Source of the DNA: Candidatus Latescibacterota bacterium | GTDB lineage: Bacteria; Latescibacterota; UBA2968; UBA8231 | Direction: 5' to 3' | DNA length: 64,000 nt | NCBI GenBank assembly: GCA_965203175.1 | Contig: OZ241867.1 | Span: 4,320,001-4,384,000, forward strand | Shown: positions 16,801 to 27,068 of the stretch, piece by piece | Layout: each line of letters begins with the position of its first letter | Position numbering within the stretch: position 1 is the stretch's first letter | The notes under the pieces: generated by a model | Seen by the model: the letters and a program-made list of their open reading frames with translations, nothing else | Databases searched by the model: none | What the model was told of the DNA's origin: nothing | Made by a program: the position numbers and the translations under genes

Positions 16801-17113
16801 GGCCTAAGATGCTGTCGTCCTCCAAGTGGTGGAAAGAGGTGCCATCGTACCAACAGACGCCATTAACTGTGGCAAACCACAACCGCTCCTGACGGTCCTT
16901 AAGAATAAAATAAACCCGGTTACTACAAAGACCGTCCTGTTGGGTAAACGTCTGGAACTCATCCCCGTCAAAGCGGCCGGCACCGTTGTCCAAGGTGGCA
17001 AACCAGATATAACCCTTGCTGTCTTCAGCGATATGTTGGACGTGCACCCCAGGCAGACCATTGGCCACGGAATAAGTCCGCCAGGTACCCGTGCGGTCAA
17101 GTGGCTTAATCAT
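13868..17113 (-). CDS. Sigma-54 enhancer-binding protein with N-terminal Reg_prop beta-propellers and Y_Y_Y domain
   Basis: Repeated DGL..N.V..I.ED..G.LWF.T blades; Y.DLPPGDYTFQVRA (Y_Y_Y); GETGVGK, ELFGHERGAFTSA, LFLDEIG, WPGNVREL; C-terminal Fis-type HTH. Confidence 0.93.
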   Translation of the reverse strand: MIKPLDRTGTWRTYSVANGLPGVHVQHIAEDSKGYIWFATLDNGAGRFDGDEFQTFTQQDGLCSNRVYFILKDRQERLWFATVNGVCWYDGTSFHHLEDDSILGRSVEFLYEDRQGRIWCGGPGTLGYYDGSAFHDLIPLYLQHYQQPPSPEWPNLCRGITQDSAGHLWFGFDYLIRFDGESFHRYEEEEGFPQAHISYVLGQDHTGKVWIGLPRNRDILHYYANGAFQSVQVDLVGGLRKIQCDRAGRGWFCTSQGVLYQDGDGFSRFTPADGLPHPIVKAVFHDREDRFWFATWGGVEVYDEHSISVFAFGAERPENTGEVSQVVQDRQGHIWLGYASPSLYPEKKSVVRFDGEHFVFVETERIYNIGNDISNDIGNCFAIYEDFDGNLWFGGHMGLFRCDGQKLKEREPIACLSGKSVSAIAQDREGQFLFGYWENDSESIKGLYTSPLKIVYQRDEQFQTIFVEDDKKTPYSRIGTVIATRNNEIYFHLMSSDGLAASGTGLARWHPDDGLTFYGIADGLLDDNITDLLLDRHKNVWIATANGLSHFDGSTFRTFTTEDGLPSNHIRCLFEDRRGHLWLGTHGGVVHYDGRLFQTINSPHIGLVCRILEDRDGTFWFGTVLGSVIRYRLRQTPPRIRLLQVIADQVYENPAEEVILSTTDQQVIFEYKGLSFSTPSNDMLYICRLHGHDPDWQPATRNRRTHYRDLPPGDYTFQVRAVDRDLNYSQIAQVRLSVEPDPRIEALTTALNSQGSQKFIGQSTALHQFQIMLRKAASTDLTVLIMGETGVGKGLAARMLHALSAYCDGPFIQINCGALPESLIDSELFGHERGAFTSAVSRRLGKVELAKGGTLFLDEIGDMSLTTQTRMLRLLEERTFERLGGSKTLAVQTRIVAATNRDIEAMVSAGDFRKDLYHRFRAFPLYLPPLHKRREDISLLAEFFKDRMAAHLGKRIGALTPEIMAALQTYHWPGNVRELEHTMQRAVTVCQGTRIKVEELGLDGDGARTSGRALLHLPAFPEREIMSLDEFERRYILSVLEATNWQVKGSEGAAALLGLPSSTLYSRMKKLGIKRIHPAFS

Positions 17114-17177
17114 GGGAAGGAATCTTTTAGAAATGAGCCAATAACTCTTTGCCTAACAGGTTATTAGCACATTTATA

Positions 17178-18556
<1,379 letters not shown>

Positions 18557-18560
<4 letters not shown>

Positions 18561-19882
18561 TGGCGCACTCCGAAAGTTAGCTCTTCGCGGGCTTGCTCGA
18601 TTTGCACGTCCACAAACTCGTTGGGTTCGGCCGGGCCGGCGAAGAGAACCTTAATGTAGTTGTCGCTCAAGCCGATCTGCAAACCGGTGGCCGGGTCTGA
18701 ACGTCCTTCGGCGAGGACTCGGAGCGAGCGGCCGACAAAGCGCTGGTGGAAGGCAAGTCGCTTGGCTGTGCCGAGGGCGATGAGCGCTTGGCTGCGCTCC
18801 TTTTTGACGGCGGCATCCTGGTGCTCGGGCAGACGCTCGGCCGGGGTGCCTTCTCGCTGGGAGAACGGAAAGACGTGGAGATACGTCAGCGGTAGGTCGG
18901 CCAACAAGGAGCGGGTCTGGGCAAAATGCGCGTCGGTTTCTCCGGGGAAACCGACCATGACGTCGGCACCAATAGCACAATCGGGGATGCGGCTGGCGAT
19001 TCGCTCGATCCGCTCGGCGTAATAGGCGCGGGTGTAGCGCCGCCCCATGCGCTTGAGAATGTGGTCGTCGCCGCTTTGCAAAGGCACGTGGAAGTGGCGG
19101 CAGATTGCTGGGGAAGCTGCGGCTTGGTCAATCAGCGCGTCGGTGACGTAACCCGGCTCAATGGAGTTGAGGCGAATGCGCTCTAGGCCGTCGATTTGCT
19201 CCAGTGCTGCGAGCAGCTCGACGAGGGCCTCGGGCTGGCCTTGGTCGAACCCGTAACGGCCCGTGTGGACGCCGGTCAGGGCAAGTTCGCGGTAGCCGGC
19301 CGCGACCATGCGTTGGGCTTGGGCGACGACTTCGGCGGCTGGGCGGCTGGCGCTGTGCCCGCGCACCGCCGGGATGATACAATAGGTGCAGTGTTCATCG
19401 CAGCCGTCTTGGATTTGCAGGCTGCCACGCGTGCGGCCTTGGGGCACCGCGCCGTCAATGGCGAGAAATTGCTCCGTGCGCGGCCTCGTCGCCGAGGGCG
19501 CGGGGGGCTCGGCACCCGCTAGATGCGATTCGAGCAGCTCGACGAGCTGGGCCTTCTGACCATTGCCCACGACCAAGTCAGCACCGGCCGCGGTGAGGTC
19601 TGCTGGTCGCCGCTGGGCATAGCAGCCAGTGGCAACGACTTCCGCGCTTGGATTGCGCCGCCGGGCGCGGCGCACAGCCTTGCGCGAGTCCGCATCACCC
19701 GCGCCGGTGACCGTGCAGGTATTGACCACGTACACATCGGCCTCAGAGCCGAAGGGCACGACTGAATAGCCGCGTTCGGTCAGACGGTGGGCGAGGGCTT
19801 CTACTTCGTAGGCATTGAGCTTGCAACCCACGTTTTGCAGGGCCACGCGCGCATTTGCATTTGCGGATGTTGGAGTGCCCAT
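18557..19882 (-). CDS. mtaB: tRNA t6A methylthiotransferase MtaB
   Basis: GCKLNAYE, NTCTVT, IQDGCDEHCTYCIIP, LTGVHTG, HVFPFS.REGT. Confidence 0.9.
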
Positions 19883-19951
19883 AAGTCCGTCAAGGAAAAC
19901 GAGATAGACTATAAAACTTAAAGATTGGCCCTCTCTGGGGCAATGGGCGGT

Positions 19952-22174
19952 TCAGGCGGGTTCGAGTTGGGCGTAGGCGACGGCGATGCGTTTGGTCCGC
20001 GTCCCAAAGCGGATGGAGAGTTTCATCTTTTCGCCGTGCCCTTCGCGGCTGACGATCTGGCCGCGCCCCCATTGGGGATGGCGCACCCACTGGCCAACGG
20101 CGAGGAAGTCGTCTTGATCGACAAACTCGTCGAAGCCGGGCGACTGTTCGGCGTCCCACTCGTAGTGGACGCCTTGGGCAGCCGGAGGCTTTTTGCGGCG
20201 CGGTGGTTCGACGCGTTGCCGCGAGCGGTCAACGCCGCGGTCCAACTCGTAATTCTGGGTTGTCAACTCGGCGGGGATTTCGCTTAAAAACCGCGAGGGT
20301 TCGGTTGAGAACTGCGAGCCGTACGTATAGCGGCGCAGGGCATAGGTGAGGCTGAGTTGCTCTTGCGCACGGGTCATACCCACGTAGCAGAGCCGGCGTT
20401 CCTCTTCGATGGCTTGGGGATCGGGATCGTCGACGGCCCGCCCCGTGGGAAAGAGGTTTTCTTCGAGGCCGCAGACAAAGACCAAGGGAAACTCTAATCC
20501 CTTGGCGCTGTGCAGGGTCATCAAGGTAATAGCGTTGCCGTTGCTGTCGTTTTCGTCTGCCGAGGTCAGCAGCGACTTTTCTTCGAGATAGGTGGCTAAC
20601 GTCGAGTCTGGGTTTGCGTCAGCGAACTCGGTCATATCGGCTAATAACTGGTCGAGATTCTGCAAGCGCGCTTCGGCTTCAGGGGTATTTTCCGCTGCGA
20701 GCATGGCGCGGTACCCACTCTTTTCGACGACGGCAAAGCCCAACTCGGGCAGGGAGAGGGCCTCGGCAGCGGCCACCAGTTCGCTGATCAGGTCGGCGAA
20801 GGTAGCGAGGCTTTTTTGCGCGCGGCCAGTGAGGTTGGGTACATCGTCGAGGTGTTCAAGTGCAGTGGAGAGGCTCCAGCCTTGGGCTTGGGCAAAAGCT
20901 TGCAGGCGATCGAGGGAGGTGTCGCCAATGCCACGACGGGGCGTATTGATGATGCGGCGCAAAGCAATGTCGTCGGCCGGGTTGACCAACAGGCGCAAAT
21001 AGGACAGCACGTCGCGGATTTCGCGGCGGTCGTAAAAGCGAATGCCCCCGACGATTACATAAGGGAGGCGGGCACGCTGTAGCTCCTCTTCAAAGGGCCG
21101 CGATTGGGCGTTGGTGCGGTAGAGCACTGCGGCATCCCCAAGCCCATAGCGTCCCAAGCGGTCGTAGCGGCGAATGGCATCGACGACGTGGCGGGCCTCG
21201 CGGCGGTCCGAGTCGCATTCGACGACCCCGACCGGGTCGCCCTCAGGGCCGTCCGTCCACAGCTCTTTGCCCTTGCGGCCTTGGTTGTGGCTGATGACGG
21301 CATTGGCCGCGGCGAGGATGCGACCGGTGGAGCGATAGTTTTGCTCCAGCCGCACGCTGCGGGCATCCGGATAATCGCGCTCAAAGTCGAGGATGTTGCG
21401 GATGTCGGCACCGCGGAATTGGTAGATCGACTGGTCGTCGTCTCCGACCACGCAGATGTTGCGGTGGTGAGCCGCTAGCTGGCGGCAGAGCAGGTACTGG
21501 GGCCGGTTCGTGTCTTGGTATTCATCGACGAGCAGGTGCTCAAAGCGCTCTTGGTAGGTTTGCAAAATGTCCGGGTGGCGGTCAAACTGGCGCACGACCT
21601 CGATGAGCAGATCGTCAAAATCAAGGGCTTGGTTGCGGCGCAGTTCGCGCTCGTAATCGGCGTAGAGTTCGGCGATTTGCCGTTGGTGCTCATTCGCTTG
21701 ATGAGCAAATTCCAACGGGTCGAGCATGGCGTTTTTAGCGCGGCTGATCTGGCTGATGACCGCGCGCGGGGCGAGGTCGCGCTCGTCGATCTGGTGGGCG
21801 TCGAGGACGCGACGGATGGTGGCGCGGCGGTCGTCTTCGTCGTAGATGGAGAAGTTGGGATCTAAACCAAACCCCTCGGCTTGGCGGCGCAGGATGCGCG
21901 CACAGATCGAGTGGAAGGTGCCGATCCATAGTTCGGTGGCCGCCGGTCCGACTAGCTGCTCAATGCGCTCGCGCATTTCGCCCGCAGCCTTGTTGGTAAA
22001 GGTCGCGGCGAGAATGCGCCACGGGGGCACACCGACTTCTTTGATGAGGAAAGCGATGCGATGGGTGAGTACGCGGGTCTTGCCCGAGCCGGCCCCGGCG
22101 AGAATCAACAGCGGACCGCCTGGGGCCTCGGCGGCGCGGCGTTGTGCTGGATTGAGGGCGTCTAGTATGGACAT
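19952..22174 (-). CDS. pcrA: ATP-dependent DNA helicase PcrA/UvrD
   Basis: AGAGSGKTRVLT, VDEYQDTN, LEQNYRST, TLHSAKGLEF, EERRLCYVGMTRA, C-terminal Tudor-like domain. Confidence 0.95.
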   Translation of the reverse strand: MSILDALNPAQRRAAEAPGGPLLILAGAGSGKTRVLTHRIAFLIKEVGVPPWRILAATFTNKAAGEMRERIEQLVGPAATELWIGTFHSICARILRRQAEGFGLDPNFSIYDEDDRRATIRRVLDAHQIDERDLAPRAVISQISRAKNAMLDPLEFAHQANEHQRQIAELYADYERELRRNQALDFDDLLIEVVRQFDRHPDILQTYQERFEHLLVDEYQDTNRPQYLLCRQLAAHHRNICVVGDDDQSIYQFRGADIRNILDFERDYPDARSVRLEQNYRSTGRILAAANAVISHNQGRKGKELWTDGPEGDPVGVVECDSDRREARHVVDAIRRYDRLGRYGLGDAAVLYRTNAQSRPFEEELQRARLPYVIVGGIRFYDRREIRDVLSYLRLLVNPADDIALRRIINTPRRGIGDTSLDRLQAFAQAQGWSLSTALEHLDDVPNLTGRAQKSLATFADLISELVAAAEALSLPELGFAVVEKSGYRAMLAAENTPEAEARLQNLDQLLADMTEFADANPDSTLATYLEEKSLLTSADENDSNGNAITLMTLHSAKGLEFPLVFVCGLEENLFPTGRAVDDPDPQAIEEERRLCYVGMTRAQEQLSLTYALRRYTYGSQFSTEPSRFLSEIPAELTTQNYELDRGVDRSRQRVEPPRRKKPPAAQGVHYEWDAEQSPGFDEFVDQDDFLAVGQWVRHPQWGRGQIVSREGHGEKMKLSIRFGTRTKRIAVAYAQLEPA

Positions 22175-22176
22175 CC

Positions 22177-23208
22177 TCAGTTCGTCTGCATGCGCTGGGC
22201 CAGCTTGACTTGGCGCTTGGCGCGCTCGTGTTCCCTGTTGGTGCGGCTGAAGATGTGAGTGCCGTCGCCGCGAGCGACGAAGTAGAGATACTCGGTTTCC
22301 TCGGGGTAGAGTACGGCGAAGAGGGCCGTGCGGCCGGGATTGCTGATGGGGCCAGGGGGCAAACCGTGGTAGCGATAGGTGTTAAAGGGCGAATCCACCT
22401 CCAAGTCGGCATAGGTCAGCCGCTTCTTGTTCGTGCCGAGCGCGTAGTTGATGGTCGCGCAGGATTCGAGGCGGCGGTTGAGCTTGAGGCGGCGCTGGAA
22501 GACTCCGGAGATAATGGACTGTTCTTCGACGGCCACAGCTTCGCGCTCGACGATTGAGGCCAGCGTCACAGCTTCGTGCAGCGAGAGGCCAAGTTCATCG
22601 AGCCGCTGGTGTAGGGAGTCGGCGAATACGCGGTGGAACTGATTGACCATGAGGGAGGCGATGGTGTGTTCGTCGACGTCTAAGTCGAAGAAATACGTCT
22701 CGGGGAAGAGGTAGCCTTCGAGACTGGGCGCGGCCACGCCCAGTTGGCGGATGAGACGCGGGTCTTCGGTGGCGGCGATGAAGCGAGCCGAGTCGGCTAC
22801 ACCCGAGACTTGGAGTTGGGCCGCGATCTGGTGGCGATTAAGGCCCTCGGGGATCGTCGCAGGCTGGGTTTGGATGGGGGCCTTGAGCAGGGATTGGGCA
22901 ATGGCGGCTGTCGTACCGGTGCCGTCGAGCTGATAGGTGCCGGCTTTGAGCTGATGACCGAGGCCCTTGAGCCGAACGGTCCAAGCAAAGACGTGTGCGT
23001 TGTGGATTAGGTTTTCTCGCTCTAGCAACTGGCCGATCCAGCGGGCGCTCGCCCCCTGGGGGATGTGAATTTGCCGCGCCGGATATTCGTAAGTCGGTTG
23101 GTTTAAATACCACAACGCCCCAAGCGGCAACGCCGTCCCCACCAAGGCGATAGCCGCGATGAGTAAGAGCGCGCGGAACCAGCGTGCAGACTTGGCTTTA
23201 GTTGACAT
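22177..23208 (-). CDS. mltG: Endolytic transglycosylase MltG
   Basis: N-terminal TM; IPEG, LEGYLFPETY, LASIVERE, SPFNTY..GLPPGPISNPG, YLYFVA. Confidence 0.93.
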   Translation of the reverse strand: MSTKAKSARWFRALLLIAAIALVGTALPLGALWYLNQPTYEYPARQIHIPQGASARWIGQLLERENLIHNAHVFAWTVRLKGLGHQLKAGTYQLDGTGTTAAIAQSLLKAPIQTQPATIPEGLNRHQIAAQLQVSGVADSARFIAATEDPRLIRQLGVAAPSLEGYLFPETYFFDLDVDEHTIASLMVNQFHRVFADSLHQRLDELGLSLHEAVTLASIVEREAVAVEEQSIISGVFQRRLKLNRRLESCATINYALGTNKKRLTYADLEVDSPFNTYRYHGLPPGPISNPGRTALFAVLYPEETEYLYFVARGDGTHIFSRTNREHERAKRQVKLAQRMQTN

Positions 23209-23482
23209 ACCGTCGGCCCTACCGAAAAAAGTAATTCGGGTGTGTCGAGTTTCGCGCCCATCTATAGAGGATACGGGCTGCGAACATCATAAGGTCTAGC
23301 GCAAAAGTATGAATCGGGATTTTTTTACAACCAAGACTGAGGACAAAAATCTATAAGAAAAGGAAGTCGGTGTCAATTTGCGCTGCTTTCTTGACGCTAG
23401 CAGGGAATCCGGTTAATTTCCCAACTTTTTGTCTTATCGCCCACCGCGCTCGACCTTGCGGAGCGGCTACAGGAGATTTCCG

Positions 23483-24436
23483 TTGGCCCCCCAAACAATC
23501 ATCAGCATTTCGCAGCTTTCCCACGTCTATGCGGGTACGCGCAAGAAAACTGGCCGCCGCGCACTCCACGAGGTCGATCTAGACATCCACTCCGGGGAGA
23601 CGATGGCCCTGTTGGGGCCTAATGGCAGCGGTAAGTCCACCCTCCTGCGCGTGCTGACTACCGCGCTGGTGCCCACCTCGGGTGCGGTGCGAATCGGCGG
23701 TGCGCTCTTGGAGCAAGACCCGGCTGCAGTGCGTCGCCAATTGGGGGTCGTCTTTCAGAATCCCGCGCTCGACGGTAAAATGACGGTCGGCGAAAACCTG
23801 CGGATGGCGGGTCTGCTCTACGGCATGAGCCGTCGCGTCGTGCGCCAGCGCAGCCAACAGTTGCTGGAGGCCGTCGGTTTGTGGGAACGGCGCAACGAGC
23901 GGACGGAGAAGCTGTCTGGGGGTATGCGGCGGCGCGTCGAATTGGCCAAGGTGCTGCTGTCAGCACCGGCCATTCTCGTGCTCGACGAGCCGACGGCCGG
24001 GTTGGATCCAGTGGCGCGCCAAGAGTTCTGGCATCAAGTGGAGGCCCTCAGGGAGGATGGACAGTTCACGGTCGTGGTCTCGACTCACCTCTTAGACGAG
24101 GCCGAGCGCGCAGACCGAGTCGCCATTTTACATCAAGGGCAACTACTCGTCTGCGGCCCTCCAAGGGTCTTGCAGCGCCAATTGGGGCGCGAAATCCTCA
24201 CATTGCGCAGTGATGATGCAGTCGCGTTGCAAACTGCACTGCGCAGCGCCATGGGCCTAGAGGGCCAAATCATCGATCAAGACCTGCGCGTTCCGCTCAA
24301 AAGCGACATCCGTCTCGACGAGGTATTCCAACGCTTCGGCTCCCAGATCCGCTCGCTGTCGCTGGCCCCCCCGTCGCTCGACGATGTGTTTGTGCGCCAC
24401 ACTGGCCAGCATCTCGAGGAAGGAAACGCCGCTTGA
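23483..24436 (+). CDS. ABC transporter ATP-binding subunit (DrrA-like)
   Basis: GPNGSGKST, LSGGMRRR, LDEPTAGLD. TTG 23483 follows AGGAG. Confidence 0.9.
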   Translation: MAPQTIISISQLSHVYAGTRKKTGRRALHEVDLDIHSGETMALLGPNGSGKSTLLRVLTTALVPTSGAVRIGGALLEQDPAAVRRQLGVVFQNPALDGKMTVGENLRMAGLLYGMSRRVVRQRSQQLLEAVGLWERRNERTEKLSGGMRRRVELAKVLLSAPAILVLDEPTAGLDPVARQEFWHQVEALREDGQFTVVVSTHLLDEAERADRVAILHQGQLLVCGPPRVLQRQLGREILTLRSDDAVALQTALRSAMGLEGQIIDQDLRVPLKSDIRLDEVFQRFGSQIRSLSLAPPSLDDVFVRHTGQHLEEGNAA

Positions 24437-25197
24437 CCGGCATCTGGATTCTGGCCCAGCGCGAAGTGCTGCGCTTTTTCCGCCAGCCTTCGCGGCTTTT
24501 GGGGAGCTTGGTACAGCCGCTGATGCTGTGGTTTTTCATGGGCTCGGGTTTTGCCGACAGCTTCATCAGCAGGAGCAGTGAGTTGAGCTACGGAGAGTTC
24601 TTCTATCCGGGCATCGTGCTGATGCTCCTGCTATTCGCGGCGATTTTTTCCACCATCACCCTCATCGAAGATCGCAGCGTCGGCTTTTTGCAAGGCGTGC
24701 TGGTAGCCCCAGTGCCGCGTCTGAGTATAGCGTTGGGCAAGCTGGTCGGCGGAACGCTCATCGCCCTCTTGCAGGTGCTTGTGTTTTTGCTGCTGGCGCC
24801 GGTGGCTGGCATTAGCTTGGCAGCGGAGATGATATTGGCGCTCTTGGCCCTCTGCGCGCTGATCGGCATGGGCTTCACGGGTTTGGGCTTCATGGTCGCG
24901 TGGAAGTTGGATTCAGTGGCAGGCTACCACTCAGTGATGAGCGTCGTTCTCATCCCCTTGTGGTTTCTTTCCGGTGCGCTCTTTCCCATTGAGGGGGCTG
25001 CGCCTTGGCTTGAGTGGGTGATGCAGTGCAATCCCGTGACCTATGCGCTGGTCGTTTTGCGCAAGGCGTTCTACTTGGTGCCGACTCAACTGATAGCCGA
25101 TGGGGCGTTTGTACACGCCCTGCTAATCACTGGGGGTTGGACGGTGCTGACGACCGTTGGTGCCGCTTGGATGGTAGCTCGCAATCGCGGCCCCTGA
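24433..25197 (+). CDS. ABC-2 type permease
   Basis: Six hydrophobic segments, FLSGALFP, NPVTY; overlaps the ATPase stop. Confidence 0.9.
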   Translation: MTGIWILAQREVLRFFRQPSRLLGSLVQPLMLWFFMGSGFADSFISRSSELSYGEFFYPGIVLMLLLFAAIFSTITLIEDRSVGFLQGVLVAPVPRLSIALGKLVGGTLIALLQVLVFLLLAPVAGISLAAEMILALLALCALIGMGFTGLGFMVAWKLDSVAGYHSVMSVVLIPLWFLSGALFPIEGAAPWLEWVMQCNPVTYALVVLRKAFYLVPTQLIADGAFVHALLITGGWTVLTTVGAAWMVARNRGP

Positions 25198-25199
25198 TT

Positions 25200-25613
25200 T
25201 CAGAGCCGGTAGAGCATCAGATAGACCACCACGCCGCTAACCGAGACAAAGATCCACGTCGGCCAGACCCAGCGGGCCAACCTACGGTGGCGGGCAAAAT
25301 CTTGGTTGTAAGCGCGCCAGACGACGAGGACCACAAAAGGGGCCATCAGCGCGGCGAGGATCACGTGGGGTATGAGTACGGCGAAGTACAGGGGGCGGGT
25401 CCAGTCGTAGTGAGGATAGGGCACTGAACCTACCTGAACGTGGTAAACCAAATACGAACAGAGAAAGAGCGCGGAACAGACGAGGGCGGCCAGCATGGAC
25501 TTTTGGTGGGCTTGGCGCGCGCCGCGGCGGATTTGCAGAAAGCCGCGCACGAGCAAAAGCGTGCACAAGGTGTTGAGACAGGCGTTTAGCGTGGGAAGAT
25601 CTGAGCTGGACAC
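25200..25613 (-). CDS. DUF420 family membrane protein
   Basis: LPTLNACLN, H..M, FL.SYL.YH, H.ILA, HRRLARW..P.W..VSVSGVVVY. Confidence 0.88.
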   Translation of the reverse strand: MSSSDLPTLNACLNTLCTLLLVRGFLQIRRGARQAHQKSMLAALVCSALFLCSYLVYHVQVGSVPYPHYDWTRPLYFAVLIPHVILAALMAPFVVLVVWRAYNQDFARHRRLARWVWPTWIFVSVSGVVVYLMLYRL

Positions 25614-25640
25614 GGGCTGAACAGGAAAGGGAATAATGTA

Positions 25641-25702
25641 AACGAGGGCTTGCGAGCCGTCCGACCTTCAGTACTGGGTCGACTAGTGCGCAAGCCCTCG
25701 TT
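25641..25702. terminator. Long hairpin directly downstream of tRNA-Thr
   Basis: Perfect 14-bp arms AACGAGGGCTTGCG (25641-25654) and CGCAAGCCCTCGTT (25689-25702). Confidence 0.5.
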
Positions 25703-25708
25703 GTGTTG

Positions 25709-25784
25709 TGGAGCCGCCACCCGGACTTGAACCGGGGACCTACTCATTACGAGTGAGTTGCTCTACCAGCTGAGCTATGGCGGC
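25709..25784 (-). tRNA. tRNA-Thr(CGT)
   Basis: Reverse complement is GCCGCCATAGCTCAGCTGGTAGAGCAACTCACTCGTAATGAGTAGGTCCCCGGTTCAAGTCCGGGTGGCGGCTCCA: 76 nt, anticodon CGT, encoded CCA. Confidence 0.97.
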
Positions 25785-25853
25785 CATACTGTAGCGTAGA
25801 AACTAGGCGGGCCCAGCTACGGTGTCAAGAACCGCCCCTAGCCGCACCGCGCA

Positions 25854-27068
25854 TTAAAAGAAATTGAACAGCTTGCCTATCGCGTGGGCAAGGCCGTTGC
25901 GGGGCCGGTCGGCGTCGTGCGACTCGACCGGTGCACCGTGTTCGTTGGCGACAAAGCGCAACAGCCCAATCGCGGTAGCATAGCTAGGGTCGCTGACTGT
26001 GGCTGGAGCGATCACGTCTTGGGGGACGCCAATGCGGACGTGGTGGCCGAGCACCTCCTCGGCGAGCGGCGCGATCTGGTCGAGCGAGGCTCCGCCACCG
26101 GTGAGCACGATACCAGCGGACAAACGGTCGTTGTAGGAGGAATTGACTAAGGCTTGGCGCACGTATTCAAAAATCTCGCGCTGCCGGGCTTCGATGATTG
26201 CGCTGACCTGCTGCCGGGTTAAGGTACAGGCACGGCCGGCGGTCGTGTGATAGGTAACGGGTTGGTCGCCTTCTTCGCCAGAGCAGCTAACGCTGCCGAA
26301 GCGGCATTTGAGCTGCTCGGCTTCGCGAACTGGGATACTCAAGACGACCGAAAGATCGCGCGTTATATCGTCTCCGCCCAGCGGAATTTCCTCCACGTGA
26401 CGCATCGGGCCTTGGAATACGGCTATATCACAGGTGCCAGCACCAAGATCGAGCAGGGCCACGCCCATGTCTCGTTCATCTTGGGATAAGGTGGCGTGGG
26501 CAGCGCCGACGCTTTCGAGGACGCCGCCGGCGATCTCAACGCCGGCTTTGGAGGCGGCGTGGCGAAAGGCTGTGCATAAATGCTCGGCTATGGAAACGGT
26601 TAGCACTTCAATCGACAGGCGATTGCCGTGTAGCCAGAGTGGGTTTTGTACCGGCTCGTCATCGACGGCATAGCTCTGGACGAAGCGGTGCATCACCGTC
26701 TGATCCTCGGCGACCTGTTCTTGTGCAACGGCGAGTAGGGCGCGATCCCGGTCCTCTTCGGAGATAGGGTTGGAGGAGCCGGAGATACCCACGGTGCTTA
26801 CAGCACGATGGGTACTGATGCCTTCGCCAGCCATGCCGAGATAGGCCCCGGCGATTTTGAGACCGGTCGAGCGTTCAGCTTCGGCTAGGGCCGTGTGGAT
26901 CGACTCTGCTACTTGGGGCATGTCGATGACGGCGCTGCGGCGCAGACCGGTGCAGGGGCTGTGTCCTAGGCCCAAGATCTTGACTTGAGAATTGTTTTGC
27001 ACTTCGCCGACTAGGCATAGAACTTTTGATGCACCAACATCGAGAACGACGACAGGGGATCCAGCCAT
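25854..27068 (-). CDS. ftsA: Cell division protein FtsA (stand-alone copy)
   Basis: VLDVGASKV, DE..MGV.LLDLGAG, IPLGG..IT.D, IIEAR..EIF, IVLTGGGA, P.YATAIGL, amphipathic C-terminus KLFNFF. Confidence 0.9.
   Translation of the reverse strand: MAGSPVVVLDVGASKVLCLVGEVQNNSQVKILGLGHSPCTGLRRSAVIDMPQVAESIHTALAEAERSTGLKIAGAYLGMAGEGISTHRAVSTVGISGSSNPISEEDRDRALLAVAQEQVAEDQTVMHRFVQSYAVDDEPVQNPLWLHGNRLSIEVLTVSIAEHLCTAFRHAASKAGVEIAGGVLESVGAAHATLSQDERDMGVALLDLGAGTCDIAVFQGPMRHVEEIPLGGDDITRDLSVVLSIPVREAEQLKCRFGSVSCSGEEGDQPVTYHTTAGRACTLTRQQVSAIIEARQREIFEYVRQALVNSSYNDRLSAGIVLTGGGASLDQIAPLAEEVLGHHVRIGVPQDVIAPATVSDPSYATAIGLLRFVANEHGAPVESHDADRPRNGLAHAIGKLFNFF

Noticed and set aside
10553-17177. Calling the TA-LRR-activator block a mobile element
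   Set aside because: It looks accessory, but I found no transposase, integrase or terminal repeats.
25709-25784. tRNA-Thr as an island integration site
   Set aside because: I saw no duplicated tRNA 3' end and no integrase; the flanks are ordinary genes.
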